From: Candidatus Zhuqueibacterota bacterium
GTDB lineage: Bacteria; Zhuqueibacterota; Zhuqueibacteria; Thermofontimicrobiales; Thermofontimicrobiaceae
Reading direction: 5' to 3'
DNA: 64,000 nt
Assembly: GCA_049322915.1 (NCBI GenBank)
Contig: JBMOPW010000004.1
Span: forward strand, 32,001-96,000
Below the pieces are notes generated by a model, which saw nothing but the letters and a program-made list of their open reading frames with translations, did no database searches and was not told where the DNA came from. Positions 37,905 through 48,172 of this stretch are shown piece after piece. Position 1 is the first letter of the stretch, and each line of letters starts with the position of its first letter. The position numbers and the translations under genes are program-made.

Positions 37905-38015
37905 AAAGCTGATCTACCTGACTCCTGCCCAAGAGTCAATGAGGTCCAGATACACTAAGAAGGGAGGTAATAGAAAACTCACCAAATTTTTATTATTCGA
38001 TAAAGGCCTCCTTTC
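37873..38015 (-). ncRNA. candidate sRNA or structured 3' UTR
   Basis: Three consecutive hairpins ending in a terminator; CU-rich anti-SD-like segments (CCUCCCUUC, GGACCUC twice). Confidence 0.4.
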
Positions 38016-38056
38016 GTTTTGTTCAAAAATAATCGGGGAGATTGATATGCACATTT

Positions 38057-38263
38057 TTATGCTAAAACATATTCTTCCACTTCAACTTCTTTCCTGATCA
38101 TCATCTGCTCATCATGTCCATCCACTGTGTCATACGCAATCTGTACTTCTTCTCGACGATCAAAACTACTTGCCTTTTCATGTATTGTTTTAGTGACATT
38201 ATTCAGGAGAAAGTACAAACCCTCATAACGGCTGATCTGTTTATAAGTCCCATAGACGACCAT
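38057..38263 (-). CDS. small hypothetical protein (68 aa)
   Basis: Strong SD GGAGG shortly before the ATG; no recognisable family. Confidence 0.5.
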   Translation of the reverse strand: MVVYGTYKQISRYEGLYFLLNNVTKTIHEKASSFDRREEVQIAYDTVDGHDEQMMIRKEVEVEEYVLA

Positions 38264-38291
38264 GGCATTCCTCCGATTGCGGGTTTTAACT

Positions 38292-38424
38292 AAAAGGAAA
38301 GGTATCGTAATAAATCAGAAGCTGCTACAATCGAAAGAAGAGTAATCACGATACCTTTCCTTTCAAACCATTAAGGATGAGGACCAACATGAAAATTTTA
38401 CCATAACATCTAACCTGATCGCAC
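38292..38424 (-). ncRNA. candidate sigma54-dependent sRNA or leader RNA, about 130 nt
   Basis: Predicted start after the -24/-12 site; CU-rich GGUCCUCAUCCUU; perfect 16-bp stem 38293-38308/38348-38363 ending in UUUU. Confidence 0.4.
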
Positions 38425-38434
38425 TGTCACTTTA

Positions 38435-38451
38435 AGCAAACACCAGGCCAA
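38435..38451 (-). promoter_or_regulatory. sigma54 (-24/-12) promoter
   Basis: Minus strand TTGGC-CTGGTGT-TTGCT with exact GG-N10-GC spacing. Confidence 0.6.
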
Positions 38452-38650
38452 AAAAATGATAGGCAATCTGCCGGGGATAAATGACGATGTAATAAATTGA
38501 AAATACATTTTTTAACGCTGTGGGAAAAAATGTGGGAGAAACGCCGGACACGGTGGTTTTACTGGAGAAAATTCCTGAGTTCGGAAGTGATTTCCATACA
38601 GGAAAATCCACACCCGGCATGACGAGGGAAAAAGGATCGGCTTATCTTTC

Positions 38651-41512
38651 TCAGAGGCACACGTTGGAGATTGCTTCTTTGAGTTCTTCAAAACTGAATG
38701 GTTTGCTCAGGCAATTGCACTGATGGGTGCTGAGGAAGCGGATGACTTCTTCACTGTCCGCGTCGCCGGTGGTAAAAATCATTCGCTGCTGTAGATTCGG
38801 CGCTGTTTTGCCAATCAGGTCATACAATATCTCACCGCTGATTCCCGGCATTTTCATGTCGGAGATGATCACTTCATATTGATTGTTTTTCATCTGCTTC
38901 AATGCGGATGCGCCATTGGGGGCCACATCCACGACATGCCCCTCGCGACTGAGGTAGCGATGCAGGATTTCAATGATTACAGGCTCATCATCAATGACCA
39001 GAATGCGTTTTGTCGGCACAGGGGAATCGTCTTCTTGAGATGTTTGCTGATTCGCTGCCTTCAATTTTCGATGAATCGGGAGTTCAAGATGAAAACAGGC
39101 GCCGCTATCCGGGAGATTTTCGACGGTAATTTTCCCGTCGTGATTGTCGATAATGCCGGAGCAAATGCTCAGCCCCAGTCCGGTCCCTTTGCCGGGGTCT
39201 TTGGTTGTGAAAAAAGGATCAAAGATTTTTGTCACGATGGAAGATGGAATACCGCGGCCGTTATCCGAAATGGAAATGATCGCCTTTCCATGCTCGGCCT
39301 TTGTGCGAATGGTAATCCGCCGCTCCCCGGTTTTCTCCATCAATTCGTGATGAGCATTGGTGAGGATGTTTAAAAATACCTGTTGAAGCTGGTGAAAATC
39401 GACATATAGCCGGGGAATTCCGGGAGCGAATTCCTTGTCAATACCGATGTTATCTTTTTTGAATTGGAAAAGGCGCAGTTCAAGCACCGAGTTTATCACG
39501 TCGTGGATATTTGTCCATGTTTTTTCAGGCGCGTGTTTTCTGGCAAATGTCAGCAGATTATCGACAATTTTATGGCAGCGATAGGCTTCCCGTTGGATGA
39601 TCTCCAGGTCGTCCCTGAATTTTTTAACGCCAATTTCCTGAATGAGCAGTTTGGACATCCCCATGATGCCGGCAAGCGGATTGTTCAGCTCGTGGGCAAC
39701 TCCGGAAATCAGTTGACCCAGGGCTGATAGTTTTTCAGATTGAATGAGCAGCGATTCGAGTTTCTTTGTCTCCGTGATATCCACAAACACAGCCAGCGCT
39801 CCGCAATAGGTTTCCCCTTCGAATAATGGATGACAACTGATTTGCACAACAATTTCTTCGTGGCCGTCACGGACGAGGGCGGCCTCAAATCGGCAGGGCT
39901 GTTTTTTCAGCAGCAGTTTTTTATTGTACTGAAGAATTTCGTGATAATCTTCCTTCACCAGGTCCATCATCTGTTTGAACTGTAAGTTATCCTGTGAGCG
40001 ATTCACCAGCTTTTCCATCCTGGGATTGGCGAAAGTAATGTCGCCTTTGTCATTCTCGATGAGAATTCCCTCCTCCAGATTCTGGACGATGTTTTCATTG
40101 AATTCTTTCAATTGCCTGACCTGCTGAAACAGACGCGCTTTAGCAATGGCGGTGCTCACCTGGTCACTGATGGCTTTCAGTAATGGCGCGTCATTATCAG
40201 AAAAGGCATTTTCCCTGTCACAGCCCAGATCGATGATGCCGATGATTTCGTTCTTGCTGCGGATGGGAATGCTGATGAACGATTGCAGCGCGCCCTTTCG
40301 GGGATGCTTTTGAACGGCGTCGCGGCGATCCGGATTCACGGACAGGTGATTATTCCCGAAATGCATCTTCTGGATTTTATTCAGCTTTTTCAATCGCGAT
40401 AAAACAGGCGCTGGCAGACAATAATGATACACCGCTTCGAAGGAATTCGAGTCGGCTTTGAAAATGAAAATAGCGCCGCAGGTGGCATTGACGTAGGTGA
40501 TAATTTTGTTCAACACTGAGTTGAGAACGTCATCAATGTCCGTGCTGCTATTGATTATTTCTGAGATGGCCCTCAAATTATCGGAGAGCTCGCGCGCGTT
40601 CTTTTCCTGGATCAGCAAAAGATTCCGCTCGATGACAACGACAATCTGATTCAGCAGGGAGTCGAAGATATTCTGGTCCGTCTCGGTGAGCGCTCTGCCG
40701 CCTGTGATGAAAAATCCCATGTTCTTTCGCTTCAGCGCAAGCCGATAGATATAAATGTGGCGGAAATCCGCATTGAGTTCGGACTCAAACATAGTGGAGC
40801 AAGGGATGATGTCATTCAGTGTGACAGGGCGTTTTTGTCCCTGAGTGAAAAATTTGATGAATGAGTCCCCCAGCAAATGCTGTTTCAAATGATCCCGAAT
40901 CGCTGGCTCGAATCCCTGGCAAAAAACATCGGCGAGGTTACCGGTCAAATTTTCAGAGAGATAAATTGCGCCATAATCCAGCTTCATCAATTTCAGAATT
41001 TTGGAAAGCGAGTCGTTGATCAATTCCGGGAAAGGCTTGGATTTATTGAGCGTGGACGAAATCTGATACAGGATCGAGAGGGTTTTATTCTGCTCGAAAA
41101 GCTGGTCTTTCATTCTCTGCTGTTCCAGTGTGAGCAGATGGGTTTCAATCGCCTTTCTGATGATCAGCGGAAGGGTTGTGAGATAGCCCGTCGATTTTGT
41201 GATGTAGTCGTAAGCCCCGGCTTTCATGGCCTCGACCGCCACTTTTTCATCGCCCTGGCCGGTGATCATGATGATGGCGATGTTGGATTTTAATTTACTG
41301 ATTTCGTTCAGAATAGTCAGGCCGTTACAATCCGGCAGGATGTAATCCAACAGCAAAATATCAAACCGACGCGTTCGAAGAAGCGCCAGACAGCTCTTGC
41401 CATCGGGTGTCACGTCGACAGTACAGTGAAAATTTTTTTGTAAAATGGATTTGCTTAATTCGGCATGATCTGTATTATCTTCTGCAATTAAAATCCTGGT
41501 TGCTTCGTCCAT
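38651..41512 (-). CDS. cytoplasmic hybrid sensor histidine kinase (REC-GAF-GAF-PAS-HisKA-HATPase-REC)
   Basis: N-terminal REC (LLDY, ITGQG); GAF-like segments; [40 protein letters not shown]-terminal REC. Confidence 0.93.
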   Translation of the reverse strand: MDEATRILIAEDNTDHAELSKSILQKNFHCTVDVTPDGKSCLALLRTRRFDILLLDYILPDCNGLTILNEISKLKSNIAIIMITGQGDEKVAVEAMKAGAYDYITKSTGYLTTLPLIIRKAIETHLLTLEQQRMKDQLFEQNKTLSILYQISSTLNKSKPFPELINDSLSKILKLMKLDYGAIYLSENLTGNLADVFCQGFEPAIRDHLKQHLLGDSFIKFFTQGQKRPVTLNDIIPCSTMFESELNADFRHIYIYRLALKRKNMGFFITGGRALTETDQNIFDSLLNQIVVVIERNLLLIQEKNARELSDNLRAISEIINSSTDIDDVLNSVLNKIITYVNATCGAIFIFKADSNSFEAVYHYCLPAPVLSRLKKLNKIQKMHFGNNHLSVNPDRRDAVQKHPRKGALQSFISIPIRSKNEIIGIIDLGCDRENAFSDNDAPLLKAISDQVSTAIAKARLFQQVRQLKEFNENIVQNLEEGILIENDKGDITFANPRMEKLVNRSQDNLQFKQMMDLVKEDYHEILQYNKKLLLKKQPCRFEAALVRDGHEEIVVQISCHPLFEGETYCGALAVFVDITETKKLESLLIQSEKLSALGQLISGVAHELNNPLAGIMGMSKLLIQEIGVKKFRDDLEIIQREAYRCHKIVDNLLTFARKHAPEKTWTNIHDVINSVLELRLFQFKKDNIGIDKEFAPGIPRLYVDFHQLQQVFLNILTNAHHELMEKTGERRITIRTKAEHGKAIISISDNGRGIPSSIVTKIFDPFFTTKDPGKGTGLGLSICSGIIDNHDGKITVENLPDSGACFHLELPIHRKLKAANQQTSQEDDSPVPTKRILVIDDEPVIIEILHRYLSREGHVVDVAPNGASALKQMKNNQYEVIISDMKMPGISGEILYDLIGKTAPNLQQRMIFTTGDADSEEVIRFLSTHQCNCLSKPFSFEELKEAISNVCL

Positions 41513-41865
41513 GATGTGCTGCGCCTGAAGTTATAGGTTAATTCCCGTTTTGTAGAGTCGCCAGATCGTCCAGCCTGAAAAATTCAACGTTGTGTAAACT
41601 ACAAAAGAGCAAACCAGCGGTACGAGGTTAGGAGACTGATTTTGTCCGATCGGAGCAGGGCACATGTCCCGTCGTGAGAACGCAATAAATATAGGGTAAA
41701 TAAATTACCAATCAAGATAAAATTGAAAATTTACTAAATATTAATTTTGCAATAACGTTACGTCACATTATTTCTGAAACCGGCATCTGAGGAACCGCTT
41801 TAACTGAAGCAGCGTCATTACGAACACGCACCCCGATGATTAATTTTTCAAGTCAAAATATTTCC

Positions 41866-41894
41866 TTGATTTAGTTGTGATTAGTTATTATATT
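41866..41894 (+). promoter_or_regulatory. sigma70-type promoter TTGATT-N17-TATATT
   Basis: 17-nt spacer; upstream of the deoxynucleoside kinase gene. Confidence 0.55.
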
Positions 41895-41971
41895 TTTGTC
41901 GTTGCGGATAAAATTTCATTCCGGACGAGCACGGTCGGGAAAGAACAACGCTTATCAGAAAAGGATTTCGT

Positions 41972-42637
41972 GTGAACAAGAAAATGTTCATCACAATGGC
42001 CGGCAATATCGGCAGCGGGAAAACGACGGCGGCGAAGATTTTGAGCCAGCATTTTGGCTGGGAATTGTTCGATGAACCGGTGATCGACAATCCGTTTTTA
42101 CGCGAATACTATGCCGATATGCAGCGCTGGTCGTTGACGCTCCAGATGGAATTTCTCATTCGCCGCGTCGAGCACCACGAATTGATTGAGACGGTGCCCA
42201 AGTCGTGCGTCCAGGACCGTTCGCTGTATGAGGACCCTGAGATTTTTGCCAAATATCTTCACGGGCTGGGGCACATGACGGACAACGAACTCAAGCTGTA
42301 TTTCGAGTATTTTGACCGACTCAATCGAAATCTGATACGGCCGGATTTGATCATCTGTCTTCAGGTTGATAATGTAGACATTCTGCTCAACCGTATCCGG
42401 AAACGCGGCCGTAAAGAAGAACAAAATATCAGCCGCGAATTCCTGCTGGGGCTCGGTGGCTATTACATCAGTTTCCCCAATGTCTGCCGTAACAAATGGC
42501 GCGTGGCAACGGTCACGTTCAATGTTTCAGAAATGGATATCCGCGTTCGGGAAGGGCGAGATAAGTTTCTAAAAATAATCGAGAATAGTTTAGAAAAAAT
42601 CAGTTCTCCTGCACCGTCAGAAATGGAGCCGCGATGA
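41972..42637 (+). CDS. deoxynucleoside kinase
   Basis: AGNIGSGKTT; EPV..NPFL..YY; QDRSLYED; RIRKRGR.EE. Confidence 0.94.
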   Translation: MNKKMFITMAGNIGSGKTTAAKILSQHFGWELFDEPVIDNPFLREYYADMQRWSLTLQMEFLIRRVEHHELIETVPKSCVQDRSLYEDPEIFAKYLHGLGHMTDNELKLYFEYFDRLNRNLIRPDLIICLQVDNVDILLNRIRKRGRKEEQNISREFLLGLGGYYISFPNVCRNKWRVATVTFNVSEMDIRVREGRDKFLKIIENSLEKISSPAPSEMEPR

Positions 42638-44178
42638 GTGAGACAAAGACCTTTTCGCTTCGAAACAGAATCGGGCTTTTTGGAGCCATCCCTTTGTTCC
42701 TCTTTTTGTTACATTTTCCAATTTCCGACACATTGCAGCCGCTTGCTCAGAAGACGCTGGCAGTGGCGGCGCTCATGGCATGGCTCTGGATTTCGGAGGC
42801 GTTGCCCATCCCGGTGACGTCGCTGATTCCTGCCATTGCCTTCCCTCTGCTGCACATTATGGACGGCAATCGCGTGTTCCAATCTTACAGCGACAGTAAT
42901 ATTTTTTTATTCATGGGCGGCTTTTTCATCGCCATGGCCATGCAAAAATGGGAACTTCATAAACGCATTGCGCTTCACATCGTTCGTTTCATTGGATTGG
43001 GGCCAAAGAAAATTGTGCTGGGATTCATGGCGGCCACTGCATTTTTATCGATGTGGATTTCGAATACAGCGGCGACGATGATGATGTACCCCATCGGATT
43101 GGCGGTGATTTTACAGATAACCCAACACAGCAGTGAGAATGGGCCGGAAATACCTGAGAAAAGCGTAAAAAACTTTCAGACAGTGTTGATGCTCGGGATT
43201 GCCTATGCTTCCAGCGTTGGCGGAATAGGCACCGTGATTGGCACCCCCCCCAATATCGTGTTAGTCTCAGCGATGAAATCAATTTTCCCTGACTCACCAG
43301 AGATTGGATTCCTGCGATGGATGATGGTGGGAGTGCCCATTGTATTGATATTTGTCCCGGTGGCCTGGTTCTTCCTGACCAGTATTGTTTACCCAATACG
43401 CATCAAATCCCTTCAGAGCAGTTCTTCAGTGATACAGGAGGAACTGGAAAAAATGGGTCCGATGAGCAAGGGAGAGCGGATGGTCCTGATCATTTTTGTA
43501 TTGACTGCCCTGATGTGGATTTTCCGACAGGATTTAGTTCTGGGAACATTTGTCATACCGGGATGGTCTAACGCACTTGGTATTGAAAAAATGGTCAACG
43601 ACGGCACTGTGGCTATTTTTTCAGCGCTGCTTCTTTTTGCTATCCCGGAAGATCTGAAAAGTAATAGCTTCTTGCTGGATTGGGAATGGGCCAGAAAAAT
43701 TCCCTGGGGCATTCTTTTGCTGTTCGGCGGCGGCATTGTTCTGGCAGAGGGAATAAAAACGACTGGTCTGTCAGCGTGGATTGGCAACAATTTAACCCTG
43801 CTATCGGAAGTGCCGCTTTTTGTCATGATCATGATCGTGTGCTTTATTCTCACATTTCTGACTGAAGTCACCTCGAACACCGCCACGGCTCTTATTTTTA
43901 TGCCAATTATGGCAGCGACCGCAGTGGCCATGGAAACGCATCCATTGCTCTTCATGTTTCCGGCGGCTATTTCCGCGTCGTGCGCGTTCATGCTGCCGGT
44001 AGCCACGCCGCCCAACGCCATTGTCTTTGCCTCCGGTCATATCACCATTCCGCAAATGGCCAAAGCCGGGGTGTGGCTGAATTTCCTTGGAATTATCACC
44101 GTCACTGCGGTGACCTACTGGCTGCTCGCTCCGGTTTTTGGCATTGCCTTAAAAATATTGCCGGAGTGGGCGCGTTAA
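42634..44178 (+). CDS. SLC13/DASS family sodium-coupled anion (dicarboxylate/sulfate) symporter
   Basis: LSMWISNTA; GTPPN; LTEVTSNTA; AFMLPVATPPNA. Confidence 0.95.
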   Translation: MSETKTFSLRNRIGLFGAIPLFLFLLHFPISDTLQPLAQKTLAVAALMAWLWISEALPIPVTSLIPAIAFPLLHIMDGNRVFQSYSDSNIFLFMGGFFIAMAMQKWELHKRIALHIVRFIGLGPKKIVLGFMAATAFLSMWISNTAATMMMYPIGLAVILQITQHSSENGPEIPEKSVKNFQTVLMLGIAYASSVGGIGTVIGTPPNIVLVSAMKSIFPDSPEIGFLRWMMVGVPIVLIFVPVAWFFLTSIVYPIRIKSLQSSSSVIQEELEKMGPMSKGERMVLIIFVLTALMWIFRQDLVLGTFVIPGWSNALGIEKMVNDGTVAIFSALLLFAIPEDLKSNSFLLDWEWARKIPWGILLLFGGGIVLAEGIKTTGLSAWIGNNLTLLSEVPLFVMIMIVCFILTFLTEVTSNTATALIFMPIMAATAVAMETHPLLFMFPAAISASCAFMLPVATPPNAIVFASGHITIPQMAKAGVWLNFLGIITVTAVTYWLLAPVFGIALKILPEWAR

Positions 44179-44523
44179 AATAATAGAGCGGTTATTTTTA
44201 TGGCTGATGCGGATGAATTCGGGAGTTACAAAAATAGAGGCGACATCTTTCTGCCCTGCTGCAACGCTTTACAAATAAGGAACCCGCTCCGTTTGAAATA
44301 CAATTGCTGATAGTAAATTCACCCAATCTGACTGAGCGGCGTCAGTCAAAGATTGATGCAGAATGAATTGACGCCGTCAGTGGAGGGTGTTCACGAAAGG
44401 AAAATACTCAGCGCAATGCCTTTTAAGGCATGTCAGAGTGAACACATTGAATCACCTAAACATATACCATCAATTAAATAATGAGTGGTAAGTAATCATT
44501 GGATACCAGGAGGAATGACGTAC

Positions 44524-45726
44524 ATGAAAAGTCAAGAATTTATTGCAATCGAAGATCGATATGGCGCACACAATTACAAACCGCTGGATGTTGTCATTAC
44601 CAGCGGACATGGCGTATGGCTTGAAGATGTGGATGGCAACAAGTACATGGATTTTTTAGCGGCGTATTCAGCGGTGAATCAGGGACACTGTCATCCGCGC
44701 ATCGTGAAAGTGATGCAGGAACAGGCAGCGAAACTGGCGTTGACTTCCCGCGCTTTTCGCAATGACCAGTGGCCGATGCTGGCCAGGGAATTGAGCCAAT
44801 TGACCGGCTACGACATGGTGCTGCCCATGAATTCAGGCGCCGAAGCCGTGGAAACCGCCATCAAAGCCGTCAGGAAATGGGGCTACAAAGTGAAGGGAGT
44901 TCAGGATGATAAAGCTGAAATCATTGTGTGCGATGGAAACTTTCATGGACGTACCATTACCATCATCACGTTTTCGCCGGAAGAGCAATATCGCGATGGC
45001 TTTGGTCCATTGACCCCTGGATTCAAGATGATCCCCTATGGCGACGCCGACGCGCTTGAGAAAGCCATTACCAAAAATACGGTCGCTTTTTTAGTGGAAC
45101 CGATTCAAGGGGAAGGCGGCGTCGTGGTCCCTCAGAAAGGATTTCTGAAGAAGGCGCGGGAGCTTTGCACGAAAAATAAAGTGCTGCTCGTGGCGGATGA
45201 AATTCAGAGCGGACTGGGACGAACCGGAAAAATGTTCGCCAGCGAACATGAAGGCGTGCGAGCGGATATGGTGACCATTGGTAAGGCGCTTTCCGGCGGT
45301 ATGTACCCGGTCGCAGCGGTCTTGTCATCGCAGGAGATATTGGGCGTGTTCAAACCGGGCGATCATGGGTCAACGTACGGCGGCAATCCATTGGGCTCAG
45401 CCGTAGCCCGGGAAGCGCTGCGGGTGATTGTGGACGAAAAGCTGTGCGAGCGCGCCGAAGAATTGGGGACATACCTCATGAAGCAGCTCAATCAGATCAA
45501 AAGTAGCCACGTGGATTTTTATCGCGGACTGGGACTGTGGGTCGGTATTGTCCTGAAAAAAGAGGCAAACGGCGCGCGACGTTTCTGCGAAGCGTTGATG
45601 AAAAAGGGTGTTCTGGCCAAAGAAACCCACTGGAATATCATTCGCCTGGCGCCGCCTCTTGTCATCACCAAAGAGGAAATTGATTGGGCGCTGGAGCGAA
45701 TCGAGCAAGTGCTCATGATGGATTAA
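44524..45726 (+). CDS. rocD: ornithine--oxo-acid transaminase
   Basis: YGAHNYKPL; AYSAVNQGHCHP; LTSRAF; PMNSGAEAVETAIK; EPIQGEGG; DEIQSGLGRTG; GKALSGG; SD AGGAGG. Confidence 0.96.
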   Translation: MKSQEFIAIEDRYGAHNYKPLDVVITSGHGVWLEDVDGNKYMDFLAAYSAVNQGHCHPRIVKVMQEQAAKLALTSRAFRNDQWPMLARELSQLTGYDMVLPMNSGAEAVETAIKAVRKWGYKVKGVQDDKAEIIVCDGNFHGRTITIITFSPEEQYRDGFGPLTPGFKMIPYGDADALEKAITKNTVAFLVEPIQGEGGVVVPQKGFLKKARELCTKNKVLLVADEIQSGLGRTGKMFASEHEGVRADMVTIGKALSGGMYPVAAVLSSQEILGVFKPGDHGSTYGGNPLGSAVAREALRVIVDEKLCERAEELGTYLMKQLNQIKSSHVDFYRGLGLWVGIVLKKEANGARRFCEALMKKGVLAKETHWNIIRLAPPLVITKEEIDWALERIEQVLMMD

Positions 45727-45869
45727 TCGGCGTCACTAGTCCTGGCAGCCCTCTGTTTTGTTGGAATTGCCCCATCGAGTCAGAGGGCCTGGCCATTGCT
45801 CCTTTGGAACACATTATTTCGATGCATCAGCAGGGAAGTTGAGAGAATAACCATGTTCAGGCAGATCCC

Positions 45870-47870
45870 ATGAGAGGCGATTTCATCCGATATACGTGGG
45901 CGCTGTTTTTGATATTGCTGGTTGCGCAATGTCGAAAGCAGCCGTTCGCAGATCCGAACTGGCAAGCGCTCGTCGCATTGGAGGACAGCCGCACTCGCGA
46001 CGTAACTGCGATTTACCGTCTCCTCCGCGATGAGAATCCTGACATCCGCGCACGGGCGGCTTTGGCTCTCGCGCGATTGCAGTATTTGTCCAGCGCTGAT
46101 TCGTTGTCCCGAAGGCTCACCGATTCAGAAGCGAGCGTCCGGGAGATGGCCGCGTTTTCTCTGGGGCAAATTGGCCTGTCGCTGAAACTGCACGGCGATA
46201 CCACAACCAATGTGGCGGAGCGCCGGCTGCTCTCAGCATTGGCCGAAGAAAATGACCTCGCTGTCCAATCAAAAATTGTCGACGCCCTGGGGAGCGCTGG
46301 TACGCGCGCATCGGTTCCGCTGCTGCTGCAATTGGCCCGGGGACAGAATCTGGAATTGCAGGCAACCGCGATTCAATCCCTCGGATCGCTGGCGTATTGG
46401 AATTGCGCCGATCCGGCCATCGCACTAGAATTGGTGGAATTTCTCCGCAGTCCCAATGCCGCAGTGCGCTGGAAAACAGCCTATGCGCTCATGCGTCTGA
46501 AAAACGATTCCACCGGGACACCGCTCGCTGATGCTCTGCACGATGCCGAGCCATTGGTTCGAATCTTTGCAACGCGGGCTCTTGGTGAATTCCGGAATCG
46601 TTCATTCCTCCCCAATTTGATCGGGTCGCTGCATACTTCGGATTGGCGCGTGCGGGTGAATGCGGTGCGCGCCATCGAGCGCATGGGAGATTCGACGGCG
46701 GCATCTTCGATGTTCCCGCTGCTGTCCGATCGGAGCGAACACGTGCAGCGAACCGCCATTGCCGCATTGGGAAGTCTGAAATCGAGAGCCGCGATTGAAA
46801 AATTGATGGCCATCAGTCGCAGCGGCCAGCCGGTTTTGGCGGGTGAAGCGGTTGTCAGTCTGGCTCACATGATGAACGCCGGGGCTTTGCCCGTGATCGA
46901 ATCGTTCCATGCGTCAGAGTCGGTTTATGTGCGCCGACAGGCCGCCAGAGCGTTGGGTCTGATCGATCATCCGCAGAGCTATCTCCTGCTGCGGCGCCAG
47001 CTCAACGATCCTGATGCCGGGGTGCGCACTCAGGCGATTGAATCCATTGGTCAGATCGGGATGCGGGAATACCGCAGCGAGGCCATTCAGTTTTTTAGGG
47101 AGAAATTGAAAAATCCGGACATTGCTGATGCAACGGTCATCGCCCAGATCTGCGCGAATCATACCCTCGTTGAATTGATCCCGGAATTGATGACTGCGTA
47201 TGGCCAGTTCACCCATCCGGACGGGATCGAACCGAGGACCGCCATCATCCAGACGCTCGGTGAATTGAAGTCCGAATCAGCGCTGCCCCTGTTGCGAGGC
47301 GCTCTGGAAGATGAATTTGAAGTGATCCGGTTGGCTGCGGTTCAATCGCTGAAGATGATTACCGGCCGGGACTATCCCATGCCTGAACGCGCTGCGCCCG
47401 AAGCGATTCTGCCTGCTGAAAAATATGCAGCGCTCACGTTAAAAAAAGCCCAGGCGACCATTGAGACGAATCGGGGCCTGATTGTTGTGGAGTTGCATCC
47501 GCTCGATGCGCCGTTCACAGTCGCCAATTTCATTCGACTGGCCGAAGAGGGGTTTTATGATGGCGTCATTTTTCATCGAGTAGTTTCCGATTTTGTAATT
47601 CAGGCAGGCTGTCCGCGCGGCGATGGCTGGGGCGGCCCGGGTCAGGCGATTCGCTGTGAAATAAATCTGAAAAAGTATGGCCGCGGAACCATGGGCATGG
47701 CGTTGGCTGGCAAAGATACCGGCGGCAGCCAGTTTTTCATCACGCATTCTCCGCAGCCGCATCTGGATGGCCGGTACACGGTGTTCGGGCAGGTCGTCCA
47801 CGGCATGGAAATTGTAGATAAAATTCAGCCGTTCGATGTGATCCTCAAAATTCGCATCGATAAATCCTGA
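45870..47870 (+). CDS. lipoprotein with HEAT repeats and C-terminal cyclophilin PPIase
   Basis: Lipobox-like VAQC; many VR..AA.AL repeats; FHRVV.DFVIQ.G.PRGDG.GGP; GKDTGGSQFFI..SPQPHLDG.YTVFG. Confidence 0.92.
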   Translation: MRGDFIRYTWALFLILLVAQCRKQPFADPNWQALVALEDSRTRDVTAIYRLLRDENPDIRARAALALARLQYLSSADSLSRRLTDSEASVREMAAFSLGQIGLSLKLHGDTTTNVAERRLLSALAEENDLAVQSKIVDALGSAGTRASVPLLLQLARGQNLELQATAIQSLGSLAYWNCADPAIALELVEFLRSPNAAVRWKTAYALMRLKNDSTGTPLADALHDAEPLVRIFATRALGEFRNRSFLPNLIGSLHTSDWRVRVNAVRAIERMGDSTAASSMFPLLSDRSEHVQRTAIAALGSLKSRAAIEKLMAISRSGQPVLAGEAVVSLAHMMNAGALPVIESFHASESVYVRRQAARALGLIDHPQSYLLLRRQLNDPDAGVRTQAIESIGQIGMREYRSEAIQFFREKLKNPDIADATVIAQICANHTLVELIPELMTAYGQFTHPDGIEPRTAIIQTLGELKSESALPLLRGALEDEFEVIRLAAVQSLKMITGRDYPMPERAAPEAILPAEKYAALTLKKAQATIETNRGLIVVELHPLDAPFTVANFIRLAEEGFYDGVIFHRVVSDFVIQAGCPRGDGWGGPGQAIRCEINLKKYGRGTMGMALAGKDTGGSQFFITHSPQPHLDGRYTVFGQVVHGMEIVDKIQPFDVILKIRIDKS

Positions 47871-47994
47871 GCTACACCGATCGACCGAATGACCAATGGC
47901 CTGGGATGAATCCATTGAATGAAAGTGAGTGAATGGGACGCCTGTTTTTTCATTTTCAAAACAGATTGCTTTTTCGCTGTAGCTTAAAAAAACA

Positions 47995-48023
47995 TTGACA
48001 TTTGCGATAAAAATATTTATATT
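47995..48023 (+). promoter_or_regulatory. sigma70-type promoter TTGACA-N17-TATATT
   Basis: Consensus -35 and 17-nt spacer, 15 nt upstream of the tRNA. Confidence 0.75.
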
Positions 48024-48038
48024 CAAAACCTAAAAAAT

Positions 48039-48121
48039 GCGAGAGTGGCGGAAATGGCAGACGCGCTAGACTTAGGATCTAGTACCTTATCGGTATGGGG
48101 GTTCAACTCCCCCCTCTCGCA
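48039..48121 (+). tRNA. tRNA-Leu (anticodon TAG)
   Basis: GCGAGAG/CTCTCGC acceptor stem; anticodon arm CTAGA-CTTAGGA-TCTAG; long variable arm; GGTTCAACTCC; CCA not encoded; classic position before tig. Confidence 0.96.
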
Positions 48122-48172
48122 CGTGTAAATCCGGTATGAAGAGGGTCTGAATTTAATTTGTGAGGAATTGTT

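Noticed and set aside
48039..48172. tRNA as an integration site
   Set aside because: tig follows directly; no integrase and no duplicated tRNA 3' end seen.
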